DNA from: a virus
Lineage: Duplodnaviria; Caudoviricetes
Virus record (IMG/VR): IMGVR_UViG_2784132107_000001
DNA length: 64,000 bases
Strand: one strand, 5' to 3'
Part shown: piece by piece, positions 26,713 through 36,165 of the stretch
Layout of the letters: each line of letters starts with the position of its first letter
Position numbering within the stretch: position 1 is the first letter of the stretch
Position numbers and translations under genes: made by a program
The notes under the pieces: generated by a model
What the model was told of the DNA's origin: nothing
Seen by the model: only the letters and a program-made list of their open reading frames with translations
Database searches by the model: none

Positions 26713-28953
26713 TCAATTTCCAAAGTGGTTCGTGACCGGGGCGCCGGTCGCGAGCTGCGCGCCGGGACCGGGTCGCGGCGGCGGTACCATCCCGGGGCCG
26801 GGCGGCGGCGCACCGCCTGGGCCCACCAGCATCTGGGCCATCTGCTGGGCACCCTGCACCTGCTGGGCCGCGGGCATGGTCGGCGGGAACACGCCGTGCT
26901 TGAGCATCATCTGCTGGGCGAACTGGCGCTCGGCCTGCGCGAGCTGGGCCTGCTGCATCTGCTGCTGCTGGGCGGCCTGCTGGGCCCAGCGCTGCTTGAG
27001 GATCGGCAGCGGCGCGACGATCTCGTCCACGTTCATGTCGAGCGTCTTCGCCGCGTTGCGCAGCAGCTCCGCAATGCCTTCCTGGCCGACCACCTGCTGC
27101 ACGATCTGGTTCGACAGCGCGATCTGCAGGAACTCGTTCTGGCGCTGCTGGGCCGCCTCTTTCTGCATGAGCGAGGCTGCGCCGCGCGCGACGACGTTCA
27201 CCGCCCCCTTGAGGTCCGGGTCGTTCGAGTAGCGCATGTTGTAGTAGTAGAGCCGGTCCACCGCGGGCTCGGTGACGCGGTCATCGATGTTCGAGATCAC
27301 CTGCTTGACCGCCTTGCCGGCGTTGGTCATCAGCATCGACATGCCCGAGGCCGTCCGGCCGGCGCCGCCCGAAGGCGAGTCGCCCGTCATGTAGCGCGGG
27401 ATGCCCGTGTACTCGTCGGCGAGCGTGGCGAACTTCTCGTAGATCTGCATGAGCTCGCCCGCGATCGACTGCGGCTGCATGAACTGCATCGGCGGCTGCG
27501 AGCTCGAGAGCGGGTCGCTCGTTACCTGCCAGATTTTCCACGGGTAGAGTTGCGTGATTTTTTCGCCTTCGGGGAGTCGATCGACGTTGTAGACGACCTG
27601 GGGGCCGCTGGCCAGTCCCATGTTGTTGACCAGAGCACGAGCGGCAGCATTACAAATGTCCTGTGTATCTCGGCACAGATCCGCCACGCTGTTACCCCAA
27701 AAGGCTCCTGGTACTTCTTCATAGCTTGCCTTGTAGTACGGTTTGCGACCCAGCGGGTCGGGATTGATGACGGCCTTGATGACCCAGTTACCGATCAGCC
27801 ACGCTTCAACCGGGTATTCAAGGAGCGGGTCATCGATCTCAGAGTCGTCCATGCCCCAATCAAGGAGCATCTGACCCTGTACCGATCCCCAGAACTGCAG
27901 CGCGTCAATAAGTTCGCTGGGGTTCGTCGCAACACCAATGGTCGCCTTACCCTCTGCAGTGGCCTGCGCCGTATCAACATAGATCCACTCCCGAAGGCCC
28001 CCCTTGCCGTAGGCGTCGAGCACCCCACGGATCGCCTGGTCCGAGTAGCCATCCACCCCGAGGAGCGCCACCAGGTCAGCACGATGCAGCTTGTGACGCT
28101 CGATGAGCCAGCCGTCCTCGATGGTCGAGGCATCGGGCGCCGGGTACATGTGGAACGGGTCGACCCGCTCCCACTCCATCACGAGCTCGTCCTGCACGTC
28201 CGGCGCAAAGCCGCCGGGACCCTGCACCCACTTGAGCTTCGGACGGCGGCGCACGACCGGGCCCTTCATGAAGGCGCTCGGGAACGTGGTGATGTCGTCA
28301 ATGAATTCGCCGAAGGCGCGCACCCAGCCCCCCTCGATGAGCTGGGTCTGCATCTTCTTTTCCATCCGGTCGGCGTCCTGCTGCGCGAGCTCCTGGAGCT
28401 GCGCGAGCGCCATGTCCTTCAGCGCGAGGAGCATCTGCCGCACGTCGAAGTCAGACGGGTTCTGGCCCTGCCCGTACATCTGCTGGATCTGCTGCTGGGC
28501 GATCTGCATGACCTCGGCCAGCAGGTCCGGCGGCATGTCCGCAACCGGCGGCGGACTGAGCGACCAGGGCTTGTCCTCGGCCGTTGTCACCAGCACGTCG
28601 CGGATCCATGAGGCGGCAGCCCGGCACTTGTTGCTCGTGAGCATCATGTAGACGGTCGTGCTGCCCTGCTCGGCGAGGATCGCGAGCTTCTCCGGGTCGT
28701 ACTCGCCGCGGCGCTGGCGCACCGACTTGAGCATCTTCAGTTCGGAGGTCATTTCCTTGGCCTGGCGGGCCTGCCACCAGAGCTTGCGGATGTGGGCGGC
28801 GAAGCCCTGCACCACCGGCTCGTTGTTGGCCGCCTGGGCGGCGGCCCTGTCCTCGGCCAGCAGCTGCGAGACCGACTTCACCGGCATGATGCCGCCGATG
28901 TTAGTACTGCCAGGCGCGACGCCGGAGGTGATGTTCAGGGCTTGCTGTGCCAT
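26713..28953 (-). CDS. Portal protein
   Basis: 746 aa; ERVDPFHMYPAP, GAFWGNSV, ADEYTGIP, GRTASGMSML; Gln/Pro tail. Confidence 0.88.
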   Translation of the reverse strand: MAQQALNITSGVAPGSTNIGGIMPVKSVSQLLAEDRAAAQAANNEPVVQGFAAHIRKLWWQARQAKEMTSELKMLKSVRQRRGEYDPEKLAILAEQGSTTVYMMLTSNKCRAAASWIRDVLVTTAEDKPWSLSPPPVADMPPDLLAEVMQIAQQQIQQMYGQGQNPSDFDVRQMLLALKDMALAQLQELAQQDADRMEKKMQTQLIEGGWVRAFGEFIDDITTFPSAFMKGPVVRRRPKLKWVQGPGGFAPDVQDELVMEWERVDPFHMYPAPDASTIEDGWLIERHKLHRADLVALLGVDGYSDQAIRGVLDAYGKGGLREWIYVDTAQATAEGKATIGVATNPSELIDALQFWGSVQGQMLLDWGMDDSEIDDPLLEYPVEAWLIGNWVIKAVINPDPLGRKPYYKASYEEVPGAFWGNSVADLCRDTQDICNAAARALVNNMGLASGPQVVYNVDRLPEGEKITQLYPWKIWQVTSDPLSSSQPPMQFMQPQSIAGELMQIYEKFATLADEYTGIPRYMTGDSPSGGAGRTASGMSMLMTNAGKAVKQVISNIDDRVTEPAVDRLYYYNMRYSNDPDLKGAVNVVARGAASLMQKEAAQQRQNEFLQIALSNQIVQQVVGQEGIAELLRNAAKTLDMNVDEIVAPLPILKQRWAQQAAQQQQMQQAQLAQAERQFAQQMMLKHGVFPPTMPAAQQVQGAQQMAQMLVGPGGAPPPGPGMVPPPRPGPGAQLATGAPVTNHFGN

Positions 28954-28960
28954 GGGCGCG

Positions 28961-30130
28961 CTACGGCGTGAGGAAGTTGAACAGGGCGTTCGCGAGGATC
29001 ACGCTGCCCTGCGGACTCGGATGGGTCGTATCACCGAGCAGTCCGCCCGCGCCGCTGGTAGCCCCGGAATTGATGCGCGAGCGCGCGTCGAAAATACACA
29101 CGTTCGGGTCCGCCCGGGCGATCGAATACATCGCCGCGATGAAGTTGGCCCAGGTGTCGACCGGCGTGACGCCGCCCGCAGGGTTGACCTGCCACTCGGG
29201 GATCAGCACGATCGAGGGATGTGTGGTCGTGTTGGTGTAGATGCCGCTGATGATCGTCAGCAAGTTTGCCTTGAACTGCGCGGCGGTCTGCGGGCTGGGA
29301 TTATTTGCGCCCCAGTCGTTCACCCCCAGCATGACCGTGACCAGCGATGGCTGCACCTTGGCGAAGTCGCTCAGGAAGCCGGCGCTGGTGAGCAGCGCCG
29401 CAGCCGATACGCTCGACTGCCCGGCGTCCCAGAACCGCAGCCCCGCGGCTTCATCGCCGTTGTACTCCATGAAGCCGTCGATGTAGGCGCCGTTGCCGCC
29501 CGTGCCGCTCACCCAGTCCACCTCGACCGTGTGCGCCGTGCCGCCGAGGCCCGAGATGCGCACCGAATGCATGGCGTCGGTCGCGCCTCCTGCCGTGACC
29601 GTCGTCGCACCACCCCCGTCGAGCTTGTAGCTCCACGAACCGACCACGGCGTTCTGGTAGTAGAAGATGTCGACCGCCGTCACGTTGCCCGTCGTCAGCA
29701 CCAGCTTCTGGCCGGCGCCGTTGAGGAGCGCTGCCTTGGCGCCCATGCCGTCGATGTTCGACAGGGTGGTGCCGGTGGCCGCCACCGGGTAGTCCGCCGG
29801 CGTGCCGATCGCCTGCATGGCGGAGAAGTAGCCCCGCCCGCCGGTGACACCAGCGGGCTGGAACTTCGCCCGCAGCAGCGTGCGCAGCAGCGTCTGCCAG
29901 CGATTGGCGATGTTCAGTGAAAAGCCGGTGGTGATCGAGTCACCCACGAAGACGAGGTCGCACGCCGCGCTGCCGGCGTTACCGAGCTGGTAGTAAAAGC
30001 GCTGCAGCGCGGCGGCTTTCGAGGGCAGCAGGCTGTCGCCGAAGGGCGCGCTGCCTGCGTAGGACTGGAACTGGGCGAGGCCGGCCGAGTCGGTGAGGAC
30101 CGGCGCGGAGGCGTTGGCGCGGTACCCCAT
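28961..30130 (-). CDS. SGNH/GDSL esterase
   Basis: GDSITTG, AGQS, LGVND, DTTHP. Confidence 0.85.
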   Translation of the reverse strand: MGYRANASAPVLTDSAGLAQFQSYAGSAPFGDSLLPSKAAALQRFYYQLGNAGSAACDLVFVGDSITTGFSLNIANRWQTLLRTLLRAKFQPAGVTGGRGYFSAMQAIGTPADYPVAATGTTLSNIDGMGAKAALLNGAGQKLVLTTGNVTAVDIFYYQNAVVGSWSYKLDGGGATTVTAGGATDAMHSVRISGLGGTAHTVEVDWVSGTGGNGAYIDGFMEYNGDEAAGLRFWDAGQSSVSAAALLTSAGFLSDFAKVQPSLVTVMLGVNDWGANNPSPQTAAQFKANLLTIISGIYTNTTTHPSIVLIPEWQVNPAGGVTPVDTWANFIAAMYSIARADPNVCIFDARSRINSGATSGAGGLLGDTTHPSPQGSVILANALFNFLTP

Positions 30131-30423
30131 TACGTTCCCCAGCCGAAGGAGATCGAGAGGGCCGCCGTGCCCGAACTGGTGATCGCCGCGAACGCGGCCT
30201 GCTGCGCAATGCTGAAGACCTCAACGTACCCGGGCGGGACCGGCACGCCGGCCGTGGTGGCCGCGGTGCCGGCCGCGCCCGCCGCGACGTACGCGAGGGA
30301 GGGTCCGGCGTTGTACACACGCGCCGTCAGGCATCCAGCGGGGATCGTGACGTTCGACGTCACCCCCGTAGCCGCCAGCGACTGGGTCTGCGTGTTCTGA
30401 TTCAGCTCGAAAGGGGTGTCCAT
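30130..30423 (-). CDS. Small beta-rich protein
   Basis: 97 aa; ARVYNAGPSLAYV..GVPVPPGYVEVF; coupled to the SGNH gene. Confidence 0.7.
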   Translation of the reverse strand: MDTPFELNQNTQTQSLAATGVTSNVTIPAGCLTARVYNAGPSLAYVAAGAAGTAATTAGVPVPPGYVEVFSIAQQAAFAAITSSGTAALSISFGWGT

Positions 30424-30526
30424 TGAGGCATCGCCAGGATCCGGTCAATGCACTCACATATATCATACAACCTGCTAACTGTTAAGCCCGCCCCGGGGCA
30501 AGCGGGGCGGGGTCCTGCTCACTGGA

Positions 30527-31708
30527 TCAGCTGTTGAGCAGCTGGCCCGGCTTCCAGATCGCCTGGGTGGCGGTCTTGTTCCACAACGTCATGTTCGCAC
30601 AGGTGTACGAGCCCAGGTCCATCGTGTACAGCGTCGGCGTCAGGCCGCCGGACACCTGGCTGGCCGGCATCACGAACTCCTGCGAGAAGTCGAAGGTGCC
30701 AACGGTCAGCTGCCCGGAGAACGGCCGCACGTGGTCGCCCGTCATGTCCAGCGCCAGCGTGAACCCGCTCATTGTCGCGGGCGTGGGGCCCGAGACAATG
30801 AGCCGGCCCGAGAACACCAGCGTGTCGTTGGCCGAGTAGCCCGTCGTGATGCCCGGGGCGTACAGCGCGTAGGCGGGCGCCGTCGTCAGCGTGTAGGCGA
30901 ACAGGTTGCCCGTGTAGGGCTGCGCGGCCGGGGTGAGCGTCCACGAGCCGTACGTGGTGCTGACCCCCCAGTGGTCGGGCGTGCCGGGGATCGTCTGCTG
31001 GGCAAACGAGCCGTTTGCGATCAGGTTCGCCGGCTGGCCGGTCGAGGTCTCCGAGTACGCGGCGAGGTAGGTCGGCGAGAAGTAGCTGTCGATATTGGCC
31101 AGCACCAGCGAGGCCTGCTGCGCGATTGCCTGGATGCCCGCCGGACCCGGGTGCGTGCCGTCCGGCGAGTAGCCCGTCAGGTAGTTGCCGGTGGCCGGAT
31201 CGACCGTCACGCGGTAGGTGTCGATCAGCGGCAGGTGGTAGTAGTCCGCCAGCAGGTAGTAGAACAGCTGGACCTGGCGGCTCTCCGGCGCGGCGGCGTT
31301 GCGCACGGGCGGCGTCACGAGCACCGGCATGATGTTCGCGTTCAGCAGCCGCAGGATGATCTTCTCGATGTTGTTCATCATCGAGGCCATCGCGGCGCCG
31401 GTCATGCCCGACGTGATGTCGTTGGTGCCCCCCATGAAGAGCACCACGTCGGGTGCGTAGGCGATGACGTCGGACTGCACGCGCGCCAGCATCTGCGCGG
31501 TGGTGTTGCCCGGGATGCCGGCGTTGCGCACGAACTGGTACTTCGGACCGGCCATGCGGATGGAGGTCTCGGCGTAGCCGGTGGACTGGTACCAGATACC
31601 GTCCGCGGACGCCCAGGAGGTGCTGGCGGTAATGGAGTCGCCGAAGGGGATGATGCGTCGCAGGTTGTTATGGATAATCGGGAAGCCGCTACTGGTGATG
31701 GTCGTCAC
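30527..31708 (-). CDS. SGNH/GDSL esterase, paralog of 17633..18823
   Basis: GDSIT, NAGIPG, GTND, DGTHP; collinear similarity with 17633..18823 to the C-terminus. Confidence 0.88.
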   Translation of the reverse strand: MTTITSSGFPIIHNNLRRIIPFGDSITASTSWASADGIWYQSTGYAETSIRMAGPKYQFVRNAGIPGNTTAQMLARVQSDVIAYAPDVVLFMGGTNDITSGMTGAAMASMMNNIEKIILRLLNANIMPVLVTPPVRNAAAPESRQVQLFYYLLADYYHLPLIDTYRVTVDPATGNYLTGYSPDGTHPGPAGIQAIAQQASLVLANIDSYFSPTYLAAYSETSTGQPANLIANGSFAQQTIPGTPDHWGVSTTYGSWTLTPAAQPYTGNLFAYTLTTAPAYALYAPGITTGYSANDTLVFSGRLIVSGPTPATMSGFTLALDMTGDHVRPFSGQLTVGTFDFSQEFVMPASQVSGGLTPTLYTMDLGSYTCANMTLWNKTATQAIWKPGQLLNS

Positions 31709-31819
31709 GAATGAATCACTCCGAAGGTAGGGTTGACCTGTTCACGTACTGCGGGACAGATGCTAACACCTACGCATACACACGGCAACCACCTGCTAAC
31801 ATTTTTCTCTCATGCCCTC

Positions 31820-33220
31820 TCAGGCCCAGTGCCACGCCACCTTCTCGACCGGCTGCACCTTCGAGCGCATGCTGCCCCCTGTCAGGTTCCCGTCCGCATG
31901 CAAACAGGCGTACTGGTGCGCGTCGGCGATGTGACTGTGCATGTTCTTCTCCGGCTTGTCCTCCATCTCGCCGTTGGTGCGCAGCTTGTAGCGGTACCCG
32001 CCGCGCAGCGCCGCGATGAGCGCGCGGCACCGCGGATCGATCAGGTGGGCCGGCTTGCTGTCCACCATGCGGGTGAGCCACGAGTCGACCGCGCTGATGC
32101 GCGCGGGAATCGCGTTGGTGCGCGCCGGGATGACCCGGAAGCCCTCCTGCTTGAGGATGTCGAACACGCTGCGCTCATCGGTCTGGGCGCGCTGCTGGCC
32201 GGCCGGGTCGCCGATCACGAGCACGTTCATCCCGGCGAAGCGCTGCGCGAGCAGGGGTTTCAGCTTCTCGCGGCAGAAGCGCAGCGCCCCCATGCCGTCC
32301 GAGGTGAGGTTGTCGTAGGTGAGCAGCCGCCCCTGCGGATCGATCTGGTTGATCGTGCAGGCCGGCGTGAGCCCGAAGTCAAAGCCGATCATCAGCGGGT
32401 GGGTGCTCATGCGGATCGGCCGCAGCTCGTTTTTCGCGACGTGGATATCGCGGTCGAACGCGCGGAACACCGGCTGGCCGGCAAGCGACTTGCCGAACTT
32501 CGCATGCACGTAGACATCGATCCAGTCCTGGCTCTTGCCCTCGCAGAGGTTTTCGTAGTAGTCCGTCTTCAGGTACTCGAGCCAGTCCGCCTCCGGGCTC
32601 ATGCCCGAGGGCTGGATCCACGCATCGGCGTTGGACGGCGGCTCCGAGATGAACTGCTCCCAGAACGTGTCGGCGTCGGGCGGGTTACTCATCCCCCAGA
32701 ACTTGTCGATCGCGTGGCCGAAGTCATCCTGGCACCCTACCCCGTTGTCCGCCTTCGACGGGTAGCGCCCGAGACGCGCCTGCAGCGCGCGGAACACGTC
32801 CGGGTTCAGCTCCCGGAACTCGTCGGCGATGCCGAAGGTCGCCTGCAGCGACAGCAGCCGGCGCACGTCGTTCGAATCATCGAGCCCGCGGAACAGCACC
32901 TCGCACTCCACGTCGGCGAATTTCAGTGTGAACTTGTAGTTCGTCTTCTCGAAGGTGCCGGCCACGCCGTCCGGGAACCAGCGAAGCCAGTCTGGTATCG
33001 ACGTGTCGCGCAGCTGCTCGCGCGACTGCCGGATCCAGATCGCCCGGGAGCGCCGGATACCGTCCCGGCACGCCTTGATCTTCCTCGCCTCGTGCGCGAC
33101 CTTGAGGATGCCGGCGGTCGTCTTGGTCGACCCCACGGGGCCAATCACCAGGTTGATGAACTTGTTCGACGTGAAGAAGTCGACCAGCGACGGAGGGGGG
33201 GTGTAGACGAGACCGGTCAT
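31820..33220 (-). CDS. terL: Terminase large subunit
   Basis: Start MTGLVYTPPP at 33220; Walker A GPVGSTKT, Walker B IADEFRE, nuclease GFDFG, GDPAG, HIADA. Confidence 0.93.
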   Translation of the reverse strand: MTGLVYTPPPSLVDFFTSNKFINLVIGPVGSTKTTAGILKVAHEARKIKACRDGIRRSRAIWIRQSREQLRDTSIPDWLRWFPDGVAGTFEKTNYKFTLKFADVECEVLFRGLDDSNDVRRLLSLQATFGIADEFRELNPDVFRALQARLGRYPSKADNGVGCQDDFGHAIDKFWGMSNPPDADTFWEQFISEPPSNADAWIQPSGMSPEADWLEYLKTDYYENLCEGKSQDWIDVYVHAKFGKSLAGQPVFRAFDRDIHVAKNELRPIRMSTHPLMIGFDFGLTPACTINQIDPQGRLLTYDNLTSDGMGALRFCREKLKPLLAQRFAGMNVLVIGDPAGQQRAQTDERSVFDILKQEGFRVIPARTNAIPARISAVDSWLTRMVDSKPAHLIDPRCRALIAALRGGYRYKLRTNGEMEDKPEKNMHSHIADAHQYACLHADGNLTGGSMRSKVQPVEKVAWHWA

Positions 33221-33678
33221 TCGACGAGAGGTTTGGAGGGGGTGATGTCGATCTCGCGCGGCTTCGAGGTGTCCGGCAGGTTGATCGTGATGGAGAAGCC
33301 CGTGCCCTGCTGCGCCGTGGCGGACTGTTTGGGCTCCTTCCACTTGACCAGCGCCTCGGTGAGCGCGAGCTTCTGCATGAGCGGCACCTCGGAGGACAGG
33401 CCGATCTTGCCGATGTCGTCGAGCATCATCTCGGCGAGCAGCCCCGCCTTGGCCCGGAAGGTCCACCCTTCCGCCTCGAGCTCCGCGCGCTTTTTCTGCA
33501 CCGCGTCGAGAAACGGCTTCCACTGCACGAGCGCATCCCACCGGGCGCCCTTGAAACCAAAGCGCCGGGCGATCTCCACCGGGTCCTCGATCCCCTTCGC
33601 CATCTCGGCCACCATCTCGGCCGGCACGTTCAGGTTCGCATCTTCAAGTGGGTCGAAGGTGACCAGCTTGTCACTCAA
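33217..33678 (-). CDS. Probable terminase small subunit
   Basis: GGAG-8nt-TTG start; helical; ends GFSITINL; directly upstream of terL. Confidence 0.65.
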   Translation of the reverse strand: MSDKLVTFDPLEDANLNVPAEMVAEMAKGIEDPVEIARRFGFKGARWDALVQWKPFLDAVQKKRAELEAEGWTFRAKAGLLAEMMLDDIGKIGLSSEVPLMQKLALTEALVKWKEPKQSATAQQGTGFSITINLPDTSKPREIDITPSKPLVE

Positions 33679-33947
33679 AATCGCAGCTCCGAAATGGACG
33701 TGACAGCCGCCATCGGGATGGTCATGAGGTCGCACCACTCAGACGAGCACTCATCCGCGCCGCGGGAGAGCGCAAGCGTGATGGCGTGCTCGTCCATGTT
33801 GACGAGATACCCCACCGTCTCGCAGTACGACGGCTCGAACATGTAGGGTTCCGCAGTGCGCCGCCAACCCCCTACCGTGCAGGAGTCGGTCCACTCCACG
33901 AGGTAGATCTTCGGGCGCGGGCGGCGGTGGTCAGTTTGCTTGCCCAT
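33675..33947 (-). CDS. Hypothetical phage protein
   Basis: 90 aa; YLVEWTDS..W..CETVGYLV. Confidence 0.7.
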   Translation of the reverse strand: MGKQTDHRRPRPKIYLVEWTDSCTVGGWRRTAEPYMFEPSYCETVGYLVNMDEHAITLALSRGADECSSEWCDLMTIPMAAVTSISELRF

Positions 33948-34125
33948 TGCCCTTGTGCCCGTTCTCGAGAAAGTCGGCGAGGCCGCGCAGGCCCTGCGCG
34001 ATGCGCCAGTTCATCTGCTGGTCGGTCAGGTCGCCGGCCGCGCTCACATCCAGCACGCCACCGTCGCCGATGAAAAAGTCGATGTGGAAGAACGACTCGG
34101 GCTCCGTCTTTTCGGCATCGCTCAT
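33931..34125 (-). CDS. Hypothetical protein
   Basis: 64 aa; coupled to the RHH gene. Confidence 0.6.
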   Translation of the reverse strand: MSDAEKTEPESFFHIDFFIGDGGVLDVSAAGDLTDQQMNWRIAQGLRGLADFLENGHKGNGQAN

Positions 34126-34271
34126 TTCGGGTCCTTCAGGTAGTCCGCCAGCGCACGGCGCACGTGCTCCGCGACGGGCGTGCCGGTCTCGGCCGCCTTG
34201 GCCTGCAGGGCCTCGTACAGTTTTTCAGGAATGAAGAAATTCCTGCGGGTCATCGGTTCGAGCTTGGACAT
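34122..34271 (-). CDS. Ribbon-helix-helix (CopG/Arc-like) DNA-binding protein
   Basis: Translated by hand (below ORF-track cutoff): MSKLEPMTRRNFFIPEKLYEALQAKAAETGTPVAEHVRRALADYLKDPK; first gene of the late arm. Confidence 0.8.
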   Translation of the reverse strand: MSKLEPMTRRNFFIPEKLYEALQAKAAETGTPVAEHVRRALADYLKDPK

Positions 34272-34579
34272 GGCTGGGCGTGGAAACAGCGGGCAGGTGT
34301 GCTCACTGACAGGGTCATGTTAGCAAGTTGTCGTGTGTATGTGAAAGGGTTGCCGTGAGGTGCGTAGGGTGTGTGTAGGTAGTGAAAATGGCAGGCGCTC
34401 TACATGTGAGGGGTAAGCGAGGACCCCACCCCCTGGCAGGTGGTCCATCCCCCCCATACCCCCGCCCCCGTCGACCGTACCGCGTCTCATTCGCGTTGCG
34501 GCGCGGTGAATTCACCGATCGACCCCCCTTAAGGGACCCTTTTCGTCCTGAGCAAAGCGGTAGCGTGAAAGGTAGTGCG

Positions 34580-35145
34580 TAGCAGCGGGTTCGAGTGGTA
34601 GCGCAGCGGAAACCTGGGGTCTGTTAGTTGGTTGTGACCCCAGGCGAGTAGCGAGCGGATAGTGTCCCCCTTGTGGAACGTGAGGGGGCATGGGGGAGTG
34701 CGTTTTGTTAGCACTCCGGCCCAAAACACGAAACCACCATAACGGACAACGTACCCCGCTGCAAAACACTGGCGAGTATCGGCTAGCGCCCGGATGGTCG
34801 GACCAAGCGCCAGACAAGCGCCCGGATAATCGCCGCCTAGGAATCGTTCACTCGCCGAAACTAAGTGATCCGTGGCATACGGGTTTAAGCGCCCGTATGC
34901 TGGCAATATGTGCGCCGTTTGTCCAAACGGGTTCAAGCACCACAGGGTTTCCCCTTGTGGTTGTGGCGACCTAGTAGCGAACGAGCAAGCGCATGCACAA
35001 AGCGTAGTGCGTTGCACATTGTCAGTCACCAATTTTCCATAGGTCTGGATGGTCAAACGGTGACGAGAGTCGCAATTGTTTTCATCCCCTGCATACAACA
35101 GGGGTGGACAATTGAGAACACCTAGCTATGCTGGGTTTTCTCTGT
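34580..35145 (+). ncRNA. Candidate large structured RNA/leader of unknown class
   Basis: More than 10 hairpins plus long-range closing stems (e.g. 34582-89 with 34755-62), G-U pairs on the + strand, no credible ORF. Confidence 0.55.
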
Positions 35146-35177
35146 TGTTCAACTTCAATCATTTAGGAGTGTGAATC

Positions 35178-35711
35178 ATGTCAAACGCTAAACAAGCAAA
35201 GGTTGCCCTTTTGTCCAAAGATGAAGCGCTGAAACTCATTAAGACAAACGGAAACCGTATCGTTTCGTTGCGCGATGACTTGCAGCGCATTGCCGTTGCT
35301 GCCATTGGCTATGCGAACGTGCATGGTGATGTGACTATCGCGCAAGCGGCCGTCGCAGTCATGACAAAAGGTGTAACGGCGTCGAAATTCATAGCGTACC
35401 TATGCGCGCATGGTCAGCTTGAAAAAGATGACAAGCTGGGGGTTCGGTACATCAAACGCGATGATGTAACCAAGGATGTCGCTGAACTGGTTACCACATT
35501 GGCGGATAAAAAGTGGTTCGACCATACCGCGGCGCGTGTCAAGAAAGAGGAATACGACGCCAAGGATGAACTGCAGCGCGTCATTACCCGGCTGCAAAAG
35601 GCAGCGAAGAAAGAAGGGGTTGTCGTCCACTATGAAACCCTGCTTGCGCAGGTGGCGTTGGTGGTGGCGAAAGGTGTCGACGTGGAATTGCCCCTGCCGA
35701 AAGCAGCGTAA
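35178..35711 (+). CDS. First early gene, hypothetical protein
   Basis: TAGGAG SD; 177 aa; HGDVT motif; lower GC than the late arm. Confidence 0.85.
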   Translation: MSNAKQAKVALLSKDEALKLIKTNGNRIVSLRDDLQRIAVAAIGYANVHGDVTIAQAAVAVMTKGVTASKFIAYLCAHGQLEKDDKLGVRYIKRDDVTKDVAELVTTLADKKWFDHTAARVKKEEYDAKDELQRVITRLQKAAKKEGVVVHYETLLAQVALVVAKGVDVELPLPKAA

Positions 35712-35725
35712 GTGCAGTAACCCTC

Positions 35726-35747
35726 CCCCGGGCGCAAGCCCGGGTTT
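35726..35747 (+). terminator. Terminator-like hairpin
   Basis: CCCGGGC-GCAA-GCCCGGG-TTT. Confidence 0.6.
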
Positions 35748-35836
35748 AAACAGCGCATCCAAGTTGTACATGTGTGTGCTGTTTAAACCAAAGTACCACG
35801 AACATCGCCGGTTGCCCGCTAAGCCTTGTCGGGCGG

Positions 35837-36165
35837 GAATTGGACAAACTCTGAAAAATGTTCCATCCAATTGTCCAATTCGGTTTCTATATTCCACGCG
35901 GGTTTGCGGGTCGTTTTGGTGAATTGGATAAATGGATGTAAAAAAAGAATGGATACGTACGCGAGGCCAGCCATCCGTGGATCCATGTGCGACATACACA
36001 CACATTCCGCGCGTCTCATTAGAGTGAATGTTTTTTTTGCATCCAAATTGCCAATTCACCCTCTCGATCGCCCGCAATCCCTTACCCAGCATGGCTTACA
36101 AGAATTGGACAAAGCTCATCCAATTCAAAATAATTCCATCCAATTCAACCGATTTTGTCCAATTC
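35837..36165. repeat. AT-rich RTCCAATTC repeat cluster with large inverted repeat (candidate origin)
   Basis: About 8 copies in both orientations; imperfect IR 35918-35946 / 36032-36060. Confidence 0.7.

Noticed and set aside
31820-33738. Extended N-termini given by the ORF track for terL (33541), terS (33738), scaffold (26147), neck (23839) and holin (15686)
   Set aside because: The extensions overlap upstream genes; downstream starts have SD sites or stop-start coupling
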